Shown here: piece after piece, positions 20,706 through 29,734 of the stretch | How the letters are laid out: each line of letters starts with the position of its first letter | Numbering within the stretch: the stretch's first letter is position 1 | Origin: a virus | Lineage: Duplodnaviria; Heunggongvirae; Uroviricota; Caudoviricetes | Length of the DNA: 64,000 nt | Strand: one strand, 5' to 3' | IMG/VR virus record: IMGVR_UViG_3300042401_002002 | Notes under the pieces: generated by a model | Databases searched by the model: none | What the model saw: the letters and a program-made list of their open reading frames with translations, nothing else | Told to the model about the DNA's origin: nothing | Program-made: the position numbers and the translations under genes

Positions 20706-22550
20706 ATGAGAGAAGTATTGAGAAGATACGATAGTGCATTAAATATTATAAAACATGCATTAGAAAATAATTGTTCACTTGATGTTGCAACGATATATTT
20801 TGGTTATACTAAAGGTTATATTAAAGATTATATAACAAGAGGTGACATTAAAGGTAATTTAGCAAAAGGTAAAATTACACAAAACGAATATGATACCATT
20901 ATGTTATTGTTCGATAAATATAATAACAAAAAAGGTTTTAAAAATATTGACGTAATAAATATTACTTCAAAAGTTCAAGGTTTGATTTCTAAACTTGATG
21001 CTCACATTAGTTTAAATGAACAAAGTGATGATGAAAAATCTTTAGATACAATCTATAATGATATTTTAACAAAGACTAAAAAAGGTTTAACCAATTTAGA
21101 AGTTAAAGATTTAACTGTTTTAACTGGTTTATATAATACTTATAAAAATAAATTTTCTACTGTAAAAGGTACAACACCTAGTAACAGTTATAAAATAACA
21201 AAAGAAACTGATTTATCATTAGAAGAAAAATATGATAAAAGAAGTACTAATAATGTTGTTAGAGATGAAAATGGTAAAATAGTTAAATATACATTTAAAA
21301 TTCTTGTTAGAGATGAACCTGACTTTATTGGTGAATTATCTAGAGAACAAATGGAAACCATTTATGCTAACTATCCTTATGTTAACCAAAGAACAGTTTC
21401 TAATTATTTTTCTTATTTAACCTTTCCTCAATTTAAAAAAATTGTTCGTTGTTTTAACATAACAAAAGACATGTTATTTCCACAACACATTTTAGAGGAA
21501 AAAACAGATGAGGAAGCTGCTAAATTAGCATTAAAACACAAAGAACTTTCAGCTTACAAAAAATTCCAAGAGTTAAAGCCTGTTTTCCTTGAAAAAGAAT
21601 TACATGATGTTAAACAAGAATTGTTTAAATTAAAAAAACAAAAAGAAGGTTTTGATATTTTTCTTAAAGAGTATATCAGTGAACATGTTGAACAATTAAC
21701 ACCTATTATCAAAAACAATAACAATGTGTTTAAATCAGAGTTAAATGACAAAGCTTTAGTTATTTATTTATCTGACATGCACATCGGTGCTGAAAATAAA
21801 GAAGTTCAATACTCTGGTGAATATAACAAAGATGTTTACCAAGAAAGACTTAACACCATTATTAATAATGTCAAAGAAGAATTATCTATTCACAAATTTG
21901 AAAAGATATTTATTGTCGGTTTAGGTGACCAAATTGATGGTTTTAATGCAGAAACAACACGAGGTGGACATGCATTACCACAAAACTTAACCAATAAAGA
22001 ACAATTTAATACTTATTTAAACAGTATGATTGGTTTTGTTGAAGAATTAACTAATATTTTTGATGGTAGTATTGAATTTATTCATGTTTTAGAAAGTAAT
22101 CACGGTGGTGATTTTGAATATGGTGCAAATAAAGCTTTAGAACATATTTTACCTTTAAAATTTCCTTCACAAGCTAAAGCTAGAGTGTTAGGTAAAAATA
22201 TTGACCATTTTAATTACGGTGTTCATACACTTATTTGTACACATGGCAAGGATAATCATACTATGAGTCGCAACATGCCAATGCATCTCAATCCAAACAC
22301 TATTACTAATATCAATGAATATATTGATTTTAACAAAATCAAATCTGACAATGTTTTATTTGTAAAAGGTGACCTCCATAACCACACAAGTGAAACCAAC
22401 AAAAGATTTAAGTACATAAACGTACCTAGTATCTATGGTGGTTCCGGTTACACAGACGCTAATTTTGGTAGAACAAAACCAGCAACATTGTTTCATATTT
22501 TACATAAGAATAAACCTAAAGTTAATGAAATTTATATTGAGTTAGCTTAA
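20706..22550 (+). CDS. calcineurin-like metallophosphoesterase with long N-terminal extension
   Basis: SDMHIG, GLGDQIDG, SNHGG, THG, KGDLH motifs. Confidence 0.82.
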   Translation: MREVLRRYDSALNIIKHALENNCSLDVATIYFGYTKGYIKDYITRGDIKGNLAKGKITQNEYDTIMLLFDKYNNKKGFKNIDVINITSKVQGLISKLDAHISLNEQSDDEKSLDTIYNDILTKTKKGLTNLEVKDLTVLTGLYNTYKNKFSTVKGTTPSNSYKITKETDLSLEEKYDKRSTNNVVRDENGKIVKYTFKILVRDEPDFIGELSREQMETIYANYPYVNQRTVSNYFSYLTFPQFKKIVRCFNITKDMLFPQHILEEKTDEEAAKLALKHKELSAYKKFQELKPVFLEKELHDVKQELFKLKKQKEGFDIFLKEYISEHVEQLTPIIKNNNNVFKSELNDKALVIYLSDMHIGAENKEVQYSGEYNKDVYQERLNTIINNVKEELSIHKFEKIFIVGLGDQIDGFNAETTRGGHALPQNLTNKEQFNTYLNSMIGFVEELTNIFDGSIEFIHVLESNHGGDFEYGANKALEHILPLKFPSQAKARVLGKNIDHFNYGVHTLICTHGKDNHTMSRNMPMHLNPNTITNINEYIDFNKIKSDNVLFVKGDLHNHTSETNKRFKYINVPSIYGGSGYTDANFGRTKPATLFHILHKNKPKVNEIYIELA

Positions 22551-22558
22551 AAAACAAT

Positions 22559-22591
22559 AAACCTCCAGTTATTAAATCAACTGGAGGTTTT
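22559..22591. terminator. bidirectional terminator, AAACCTC-family hairpin
   Basis: AAACCTCCAGTT...AACTGGAGGTTT between convergent genes. Confidence 0.8.
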
Positions 22592-22594
22592 ATT

Positions 22595-23710
22595 TTATCC
22601 TCTTATTAAAAATCCTGACACAGGCATGTATTTTATAACTTCTTGCAAACTATTAGCAATATCTGCCCTCACTTTCATCATGTTAACATAAGATAAACGT
22701 TCAAGATAAACCTTTAAATCGTCATATATTTTATCCTTTTCATTAGTGTATTGTTCAATTAACATTTTATAATCCATTGTTATTTCTTTTCCATCTCTAC
22801 CTTTTACAACACCAGAATACTTCCCTCTACCTAGTGCCATAACATTTTTAGCTTCACATAATAATAATCTTCTAATCCTAGCTTTAGCACTTTCATTCAA
22901 TCTACTATATTCAGGCGTATCAACTAACACATCAAATGGTGAAACAATAACATCCTTATTAGCATCAACACAAGCATCAGCATCATCCATCTCAGAAGTA
23001 TCATAATACCAATAAAACACCAAACTACCATCTAAATGCTTACCATGTCTACCTGAAATTTCATCTCTCGAACCTGGAACTGGATATAAATGTAAAACTC
23101 TAGTACCGTTTGGTCCAGCTGTAATTTTATATGTTAAATCTGACTGCCAAATTTGTTTTTGTGTTTTCAAAGTTTGTTGATACAATAAAGCATAATAACT
23201 TGGTAACACGGCATTCATGGGTGAACCCATAAAATTAAAACCTGAAGCTGTTGCTGCTAAACCGTCAACACTCAAACTATCATAAATTGGCGCACTACCC
23301 ATACTTGGTGGTGTTGACCACAAAACATCAATTACTTCTCTACCTTTAGGTATTGTATAATATTGTGTATCACCAGTAATAACAACATAATCTTTTTTTA
23401 ATTCCCAAGTTCCAGTTGTTGAAATTCCTGTTTGACGACTATAACTAGCAGCAAAGGCTCTCTCAAAATCCAATGTTTTTGTTGTTAATGAATAAACTAA
23501 ATCTGATTGATTTATTGACTTATTTTGTAAAGTACTAAAATTTTGCTCAACAACCCATTCATTTATTTTACCACAATACTCTTCAACAGAAACTTTCAAC
23601 AAAACATCCAATTCTTCATCAGTTATTTCAACACCCCTACCAGCAGCACCGCACATAATACGTACTTCATGGAATAACTTATCTTTTTGTGATTTACTTA
23701 TTGCTGACAT
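22595..23710 (-). CDS. neck/head-tail connector protein (T4 gp13-like)
   Basis: VEITDEELD, YYTIPKGREV..V, ALGRGKYSG...G..ITMDY pattern; divergent from gp14-like gene. Confidence 0.72.
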   Translation of the reverse strand: MSAISKSQKDKLFHEVRIMCGAAGRGVEITDEELDVLLKVSVEEYCGKINEWVVEQNFSTLQNKSINQSDLVYSLTTKTLDFERAFAASYSRQTGISTTGTWELKKDYVVITGDTQYYTIPKGREVIDVLWSTPPSMGSAPIYDSLSVDGLAATASGFNFMGSPMNAVLPSYYALLYQQTLKTQKQIWQSDLTYKITAGPNGTRVLHLYPVPGSRDEISGRHGKHLDGSLVFYWYYDTSEMDDADACVDANKDVIVSPFDVLVDTPEYSRLNESAKARIRRLLLCEAKNVMALGRGKYSGVVKGRDGKEITMDYKMLIEQYTNEKDKIYDDLKVYLERLSYVNMMKVRADIANSLQEVIKYMPVSGFLIRG

Positions 23711-23711
23711 A

Positions 23712-24065
23712 TTATATTAAATTTAAACTTTTAAAGTTTACTAAAATATTTTTAATTGTTGATAAGTTCTTATTAAAAATAAAATCATAATTATTTAATA
23801 CATCTGTTATTAAACTATGTAATTTAATAACTTTTCTATACTCATCAGTATTTCTATCTGTAGAATCTAAAATAAATTTCTTTAAAATATCAGAAATTTT
23901 AACTAAAAAATTATATGTATCTTCTGAACTATCTAATATTTTATCAAAATTACCACTATGTGTAATATCTTTCAATTCCCACCCTAATTTATTTTGAGTT
24001 AACATAGTCTTATCCAACTCCTCATTAATAAGTTTCTTTAATATAATATCTATTTTATTTTCCAT
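23712..24065 (-). CDS. hypothetical late protein
   Basis: 117 aa, N-terminal LINEE, late motif upstream. Confidence 0.55.
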   Translation of the reverse strand: MENKIDIILKKLINEELDKTMLTQNKLGWELKDITHSGNFDKILDSSEDTYNFLVKISDILKKFILDSTDRNTDEYRKVIKLHSLITDVLNNYDFIFNKNLSTIKNILVNFKSLNLI

Positions 24066-24081
24066 CCTATTTGTTTTATTG

Positions 24082-24104
24082 TAAATAGTTTAAGTTACTA
24101 TTTA
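24082..24104. promoter_or_regulatory. back-to-back late promoter motifs
   Basis: TAAATAGT 24082-24089 and ACTATTTA 24097-24104. Confidence 0.7.
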
Positions 24105-24120
24105 AGAATAAATTGTTATC

Positions 24121-24636
24121 ATGCAAAAACCAAACAAAAAACCATCAACACCTTTTAAATATTATACTGAAAAAGATTTTAACTATGACTTGATGTTTTC
24201 AAGAGAATTTAGTGATAGTGACGCTATAGCTATAGTTAGATTATACAGAGTTGATGTTGTTAAATCAAATGTTCATAGAGTTTATGGTGAAGCCAAACCA
24301 AGTCAAAAACGTTTTTTAACCCCAATTGAAATGAATGTTACAATAACAATCGGTGATTTAGAACATAATGATATCGGTGGTTCTGGACCTAATAGACAAA
24401 ACCCAAGTTCAGTTGAGTTAGGCATCTACAAAGAAGAAATGGAAGAAAAAAATGTAAATATAAACAAAGGTGATTTCTTTGCTTATTATGATGGTGAAAG
24501 AGAAAGATTTTATGAAATTATAACAGTTAGCAATATCGCTTCAAATAATAGTACAATTGGTTATAAACCGTTTTTCATGACATTCACAGCGGTACATGTA
24601 CTTAGGGACGCTATTGAAGAATATTTTAATAATTAA
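24121..24636 (+). CDS. head closure/neck protein (T4 gp14-like)
   Basis: LYRVD...VYGEA...KGDF...RFYEI pattern. Confidence 0.6.
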   Translation: MQKPNKKPSTPFKYYTEKDFNYDLMFSREFSDSDAIAIVRLYRVDVVKSNVHRVYGEAKPSQKRFLTPIEMNVTITIGDLEHNDIGGSGPNRQNPSSVELGIYKEEMEEKNVNINKGDFFAYYDGERERFYEIITVSNIASNNSTIGYKPFFMTFTAVHVLRDAIEEYFNN

Positions 24637-24638
24637 AA

Positions 24639-24670
24639 TTTGGTTTTGTGAAATTAAATTTGTAGGTTTG
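24639..24670 (+). promoter_or_regulatory. Bacteroidota-type promoter
   Basis: TTTG-N20-TAGGTTTG. Confidence 0.75.
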
Positions 24671-24687
24671 TTAAAATAAAAAAATAA

Positions 24688-24957
24688 ATGGATAAATATA
24701 CTATCACTAACCTAAGTATGCAATTAGCCATAAATACTATTATAATAATATTATATTTAATATGTGTGATTGTTTGGTTTCATTTTAACAAAACAAAAGA
24801 ATACTTGTATAAAGAATCATTATACGAATTTACATGTGAAAAACCTTTACCAATAACAGTTGTTATATTGTTTTTCACTGTAAATTGTGTTTATTCAATT
24901 TTTTGGTTAACAAAACTTTATGTTTATTTATTAAATAATATTTTTTATGTTGAATAA
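24688..24957 (+). CDS. small membrane protein
   Basis: 89 aa, two TM segments. Confidence 0.6.
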   Translation: MDKYTITNLSMQLAINTIIIILYLICVIVWFHFNKTKEYLYKESLYEFTCEKPLPITVVILFFTVNCVYSIFWLTKLYVYLLNNIFYVE

Positions 24958-25145
24958 ATTTATCTTAATATTTTACAAAAAAATATAAAATAATTCTACT
25001 ATGTTTATTCTTAGGATTAATTTTTATACCGTTATATTTTACAGTACAAGAGATATATAACGGTTATCAAGGGTTTTTTGTATGTTTTTTCAGTTATTTA
25101 ATTGTATCTATATTACTACAATTAAAATATTCAGATAAATTTTGA
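24947..25145 (+). pseudogene. small two-TM protein frameshifted at an A7 run
   Basis: With A6 at 24977 it reads MLNKFILIFYKKYKIILLCLFLG...LKYSDKF*. Confidence 0.55.
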
Positions 25146-25150
25146 AAACA

Positions 25151-25182
25151 AAAACCTCTCCTAATATTTAAGAGAGGTTTTT
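25151..25182. terminator. bidirectional terminator, AAACCTC-family hairpin
   Basis: AAAACCTCTC-CTAATATTTAA-GAGAGGTTTT. Confidence 0.8.
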
Positions 25183-25188
25183 TCATTC

Positions 25189-26088
25189 TTAAGGTTGCAT
25201 TTTAAAATTCCTCATTAAAGGACCTGCACTATTAATACCGTTCCAATCCGAATCCCTTGATTTAGTATTTAAATCAATAAATTTATTAGCAAAGTAATAA
25301 CAAAAATGACCTTCAGTTGGTTTATTACCTGCAATTTTTAAAAACTCATTCATGTTAGTATTATTAATTTTCTTAAATTGAACAGGAAATTGTACATTTG
25401 TTTCAAAACAAAAAGCTGATGCATAAACAAATAAAGGTCCTTCATCTTGATTTACATATAATTTAGGTTTAACAACCTTCAAGAATACATCAAAAGCTGG
25501 GTCAAAGTAATATTTAATTACTACACCTAGATATATTTTTTTACTTCTATCAGTACTTAATAAATCATATATTTTTTGCAACAAAGGTTTATCTATTCTA
25601 GCTTTTTTAGAATTTACATCAGTATAAAGATTACCTGGATATGGTGAACCGTTTTTAAATTTTTCTTTAACTTCCAAATAAATATCATTATCTAGTAATT
25701 TTAAAAACTCCATTAATGGATTCCCTTCCGTTGGATTAGCTAATTGAATGATACCGACTGACAAACCACCATTATCGTAAGTATTTATAGAATTAAAATT
25801 ACCTTCATGCTCTGCAACAATACCCAAAGCATATAAAAAATATGTAGTGTATTCGGAACACAAAATTTGTACATCATTTGGTTTCCATGACGGGTTTTTA
25901 GCTAACGTATTTTTATATCCATATTTTGAATTTTCATTAAAAGCATCAATAACTATTTGATTAATTGGGTTATTTTTTGCCTTAGATAAACTATCTTTGG
26001 AAAAATTTGTTGGTTTTGGACCTGTACCTGATATCTTATATCCTGGTGCTGTAAAATTATCTATTGTATTAACGGAAAAAATTGACAT
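25189..26088 (-). CDS. putative lysozyme-like peptidoglycan hydrolase (endolysin candidate)
   Basis: HEGNFNSINTYDNGGLSVGIIQ motif; likely start MSIFSV at 26088. Confidence 0.55.
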   Translation of the reverse strand: MSIFSVNTIDNFTAPGYKISGTGPKPTNFSKDSLSKAKNNPINQIVIDAFNENSKYGYKNTLAKNPSWKPNDVQILCSEYTTYFLYALGIVAEHEGNFNSINTYDNGGLSVGIIQLANPTEGNPLMEFLKLLDNDIYLEVKEKFKNGSPYPGNLYTDVNSKKARIDKPLLQKIYDLLSTDRSKKIYLGVVIKYYFDPAFDVFLKVVKPKLYVNQDEGPLFVYASAFCFETNVQFPVQFKKINNTNMNEFLKIAGNKPTEGHFCYYFANKFIDLNTKSRDSDWNGINSAGPLMRNFKMQP

Positions 26089-26164
26089 AATTTTGTAACC
26101 TTTATTTGTAAATAACGTTATAATCATTAAATTTGTAAAAATGTTAACTTAAATTGTAAATTAA

Positions 26165-27550
26165 ATGAAAAAATTACTAACAACGCTATTAATATTATCT
26201 TATTTAACTGTTTCTGCGCAGATTAAAAAAGTTTATTACAATACTCACTCGGACACTACTATATTTAATGGTAAAATATATAGGGAAGATGTTTTTAATC
26301 CAAACAAAACTGTAACTATTAATAACATAAATTATAACTACAGTTTTTTACATTTATATAAAGATACCAAAGGTGCATTAAGAAGTTATGGTGATTTTGA
26401 AGCTAATCGTTGCGAATCAACTGACACAACTTTGTTTTATTATATTAGCAAAAACAGTTTATACAAAGTAAATGACAAGAAAATACAGAAGTTAAAATTC
26501 AATGATGACAACCCACAATTAATTGATGAAATTTGCTTTCTAAGAAAGAATTTTGGTATAGCAAGGTCAAACTACCGACTATATGTTTACGATGGTTCTG
26601 ATACGCTTAAATTCAAATCTAAACTACTAAACTACGCTTTGCCATATAAAGGTGAAGAAAATAAATTTGTTTATTATGATAGTATTTTAGGTTTATTTAA
26701 TGAAAACTTAACACAAGTTATTAATAGAGAAAAATATACAGAAACAGGTTATTATGTACCAAGAGAATCTGTACAAGATTTTCTTAACTATATAAAATGT
26801 AACAACATTAATAATTCGTGTTTAGATACTAAATATGTAAGATATGATTACCCAACATTTAACCAAGAATATACATTTTATTACGACAAACGTGAGTTAT
26901 ACCACTATACTAGCAATTTACTAGAACAATATTTAGATAATCGTTCAGATGAATATTTAAAAGAAATAAGTAAAACACCAGATAGTTTAGTTATTGATAA
27001 TATTATTATGACTGATTTGTTATTAAAAGTTGCTTTACAATCAAAAATAAATTTAGATGTTAAATTATTAACGTATTCAATGTTTTTATTAAATGATAGT
27101 TTAATGATAACAGGTTATAGCCATAATAATGAATATCAATTAGGTTTGTATAACTTAAAAAATAATTCATTCATTAAATTCACACCACCTACTTGCAAGT
27201 TTATTACCAAATATTATGATGAGGATGGTTTTAGAAATATTAAAACCGAAACAGTTCCATTAACACCACATTTAATTTCATATCATTACAATGAGAATGA
27301 AAATAGTGTTTTATGCAGCGGTAATGATGGTTATATATTTAATATTGACTTAAACACATTTAAAATAAATAACATAACTGATTATGTTATTAAAGAAAAT
27401 ATTCACACATCTAAAAATGATAAATTTAAAGAAGTTGAAATGGTCTACTTAAAGGAAATAAAAGATGGAGTTTATACTGAGATACCTTGGTTAAACTATA
27501 TTAAGAAAAACTTCTTAGTTCAAAAATTTTACAATAATGATAATAGATAA
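26165..27550 (+). CDS. exported protein with SPI signal peptide
   Basis: MKKLLTTLLILSYLTVSA|QIKK; TTTG-N19-TAAATTTG promoter at 26105-26135; stop codon overlaps attC-like box. Confidence 0.7.
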   Translation: MKKLLTTLLILSYLTVSAQIKKVYYNTHSDTTIFNGKIYREDVFNPNKTVTINNINYNYSFLHLYKDTKGALRSYGDFEANRCESTDTTLFYYISKNSLYKVNDKKIQKLKFNDDNPQLIDEICFLRKNFGIARSNYRLYVYDGSDTLKFKSKLLNYALPYKGEENKFVYYDSILGLFNENLTQVINREKYTETGYYVPRESVQDFLNYIKCNNINNSCLDTKYVRYDYPTFNQEYTFYYDKRELYHYTSNLLEQYLDNRSDEYLKEISKTPDSLVIDNIIMTDLLLKVALQSKINLDVKLLTYSMFLLNDSLMITGYSHNNEYQLGLYNLKNNSFIKFTPPTCKFITKYYDEDGFRNIKTETVPLTPHLISYHYNENENSVLCSGNDGYIFNIDLNTFKINNITDYVIKENIHTSKNDKFKEVEMVYLKEIKDGVYTEIPWLNYIKKNFLVQKFYNNDNR

Positions 27551-27680
27551 CTAACAGAATATTTGCTAAAGTGGGTTTTTATCCTTACCTTTGTTTTCAA
27601 TCTAAAATTCTACTAAAACCAAAATTATGAACCTTATTCAATCTTTAATAACCCACCTTCGCAAATATTATATGTTGTGT
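27549..27680 (+). repeat. attC-like site A, copy 1
   Basis: R'' AACTAAC (27549-55), arms AATATTTGCTAAAGTGGGTT / AACCCACCTTCGCAAATATT, R' GTTGTGT (27674-80); near-identical to 58057-58189. Confidence 0.72.
27562..27593 (+). promoter_or_regulatory. Bacteroidota-type promoter embedded in attC-like site A
   Basis: TTTG-N20-TACCTTTG. Confidence 0.72.
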
Positions 27681-27956
27681 GTTAGTTTAATAAGACCGCA
27701 ACAACACGACACAGACTTGCAAGAGAATGAAAAAAATGGTAAGTTTGAGAAAAATAATAAGACTATGACAGATGTTGAAGTAAATAATAAAAGGTATCTT
27801 TCATCAAGTAAGATATCTGAAACCGAAATTAACTCTATTAAAAATAGAGCGCAAGAATCATACCAAGCACACCATAACAAGGTAAATCAATTTACCAAAA
27901 TGACACCTGACGAAAGATTAAAAATGGTTTTAAATAATCGCAATGTTTCAAAATGA
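27627..27956 (+). CDS. hypothetical: attC-encoded leader fused to cassette cargo
   Basis: Starts inside hairpin A; first ~43 aa homologous to N-terminus of 58136..58651, remainder unrelated. Confidence 0.6.
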   Translation: MNLIQSLITHLRKYYMLCVSLIRPQQHDTDLQENEKNGKFEKNNKTMTDVEVNNKRYLSSSKISETEINSIKNRAQESYQAHHNKVNQFTKMTPDERLKMVLNNRNVSK

Positions 27957-28484
27957 ATATATTATAGAATACAATATTAATAACTACGGTATTGGTGTAA
28001 TCACTTATGATATCAGTTACATTAATCCATTATGGAAAATAATAATTTTTAAATTTAACTATTTAACGTACTATAATAATTCTATGTTATTAGAGAGTTA
28101 CTTTACTTTAGAAGATGTAAACAAAAATGACAATTTTAGTATGTACAGCAAAAACGATAAAATTATATTATGGAAAATTATTTTTAGTATTAAAAACTAT
28201 TATTTTAACAAACACAAACCAGATATTGTTGAACACTTTATTGATGGTAATTTTTCAAAAAGATTAAAATTATATAAATGTTATTTAAATCCGACACATT
28301 ATTATTACCAAGACGAACAACATTTAAATATATTTTATTTAAAACTTTAACAAAACCAACACACAACATGGGTTTGGTAAAAGCAGGGCTGACGTGAATA
28401 ACCAAGTTTCAACTTCTATCAAACTTAAGTTGTTAAACCCAACAGATGTAATTCTAAACCCTGCCTTCACCAAGCCCTTTGACG
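27675..28484 (+). mobile_element. putative integron-like gene cassette 1 (810 bp)
   Basis: Between G|TT crossover points of sites A and B; 5' end TTGTGT complements its own R'' ACACAAC. Confidence 0.62.
27943..28350 (+). CDS. hypothetical cargo protein
   Basis: 135 aa, overlaps upstream ORF, ends 10 nt before site B. Confidence 0.6.
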   Translation: MFQNEYIIEYNINNYGIGVITYDISYINPLWKIIIFKFNYLTYYNNSMLLESYFTLEDVNKNDNFSMYSKNDKIILWKIIFSIKNYYFNKHKPDIVEHFIDGNFSKRLKLYKCYLNPTHYYYQDEQHLNIFYLKL

Positions 28485-28490
28485 TTAGTT
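28361..28490 (+). repeat. attC-like site B, copy 1
   Basis: R'' ACACAAC, arms GGGTTTGGTAAAAGCAGGG / CCCTGCCTTCACCAAGCCC, R' GTTAGTT (28484-90); near-identical to 58904-59032. Confidence 0.75.
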
Positions 28491-28514
28491 ATCATTATAC
28501 AAACATATAATAAC

Positions 28515-28739
28515 ATGAATTTCTTAGACGATTATAAAAAACTAGAGAATGAGTTATTAGCTTCAGAGCAAGAAAATAACCGAAAAAAGAACTATTTATT
28601 AAGAGAACTTAAAGCAACACCTATAGAAGAAATTATTGGGATACCTCAAGATTTAGTCAATAATATTGAAAACCCAGATAAACTAGAAACTAAAGAACCG
28701 ACTAAGCTATTTGGTTGGTTAAAGAAAATATTTAGATGA
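28515..28739 (+). CDS. hypothetical protein
   Basis: ATG MNFLDDY at 28515; track start 28479 lies in site B. Confidence 0.6.
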   Translation: MNFLDDYKKLENELLASEQENNRKKNYLLRELKATPIEEIIGIPQDLVNNIENPDKLETKEPTKLFGWLKKIFR

Positions 28740-29692
28740 ACATTTCAACACAAGACAGAACTATTGATTTAACAAGAATTGGTGGTATAAAATTTGAAGA
28801 ACATAATCATAGATACACAAATAAAGAAGGTGTAAGATATAATGGTGTTACTACTTTATTAAAAAATTATGAACATCATTTTGATACAGAAATTGGTGCT
28901 ATCAATTCAGCTATAAAATATGTAATTATTGAAGAATTCGGAGAAGAAAAATTCAATACTTTAAAACACCAATGTAAAAATGAACAATTAAATAAATTAA
29001 AAGGTTTAATTAGCAAAGAAGATGAAAAACATGTTTTCGGACATAATTTTTTACATGAAAAATTACATTCAATTACCAATAAATATCCTTTATTAAAGGA
29101 TAAAGTTGAAGAAAACAGAGTTAGGTTTTTAAAAGAATGGAAAGAAGCTAGTGATGAAGCAATAAAAATAGGCTCAGGTGAACACGACCTTAGAGAACAA
29201 AATATTAAAAAATATGGTTATTGGTTTGAAGGTGTACATTACAAATATATTGAAGGTAAAAACATATTAAACGTAACAACTGATGACGTAATTATTATAC
29301 CGGAGTGTTTAGTTTGGAATCATAATGTAAAACTTGGTGGTCTTGCTGATATATTTCTTTTTAACAAAGGTTATATATTCGTACACGATTTTAAAACGAA
29401 CCAATCAATTGACATGGAATCGTTCTTAGGAAAAAAGATGAAAGGTTGTTGTTCTAGATTAATGGATTCATCGTATTATCACTATTCATTACAATTAAGA
29501 ATATACCAAAAAATGGCTCTTGACTTAAGAAAAGAATTCAAACAAGGTGAAAATTACATAATACACACAACATCAGAAAAATATAACAGAACCGAAGATA
29601 GTTATATTAAATGTTTTGAGGTTGAGAATGAAGTGGAGAATATTTTTAAAGATTTATATGAACGTGATTTTAGTAAAAATAATACATTTTAA
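28736..29692 (+). CDS. PD-(D/E)XK exonuclease (lambda-exo/Cas4-like fold)
   Basis: F.E..H.Y and GVTTLL N-terminus, PECLVW, GGLADI, HDFKT, YSLQL.IY. Confidence 0.82.
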   Translation: MNISTQDRTIDLTRIGGIKFEEHNHRYTNKEGVRYNGVTTLLKNYEHHFDTEIGAINSAIKYVIIEEFGEEKFNTLKHQCKNEQLNKLKGLISKEDEKHVFGHNFLHEKLHSITNKYPLLKDKVEENRVRFLKEWKEASDEAIKIGSGEHDLREQNIKKYGYWFEGVHYKYIEGKNILNVTTDDVIIIPECLVWNHNVKLGGLADIFLFNKGYIFVHDFKTNQSIDMESFLGKKMKGCCSRLMDSSYYHYSLQLRIYQKMALDLRKEFKQGENYIIHTTSEKYNRTEDSYIKCFEVENEVENIFKDLYERDFSKNNTF

Positions 29693-29734
29693 TTGTAAAC
29701 TTTAACTATTTATAATAAATAACTAAATCTTTTA

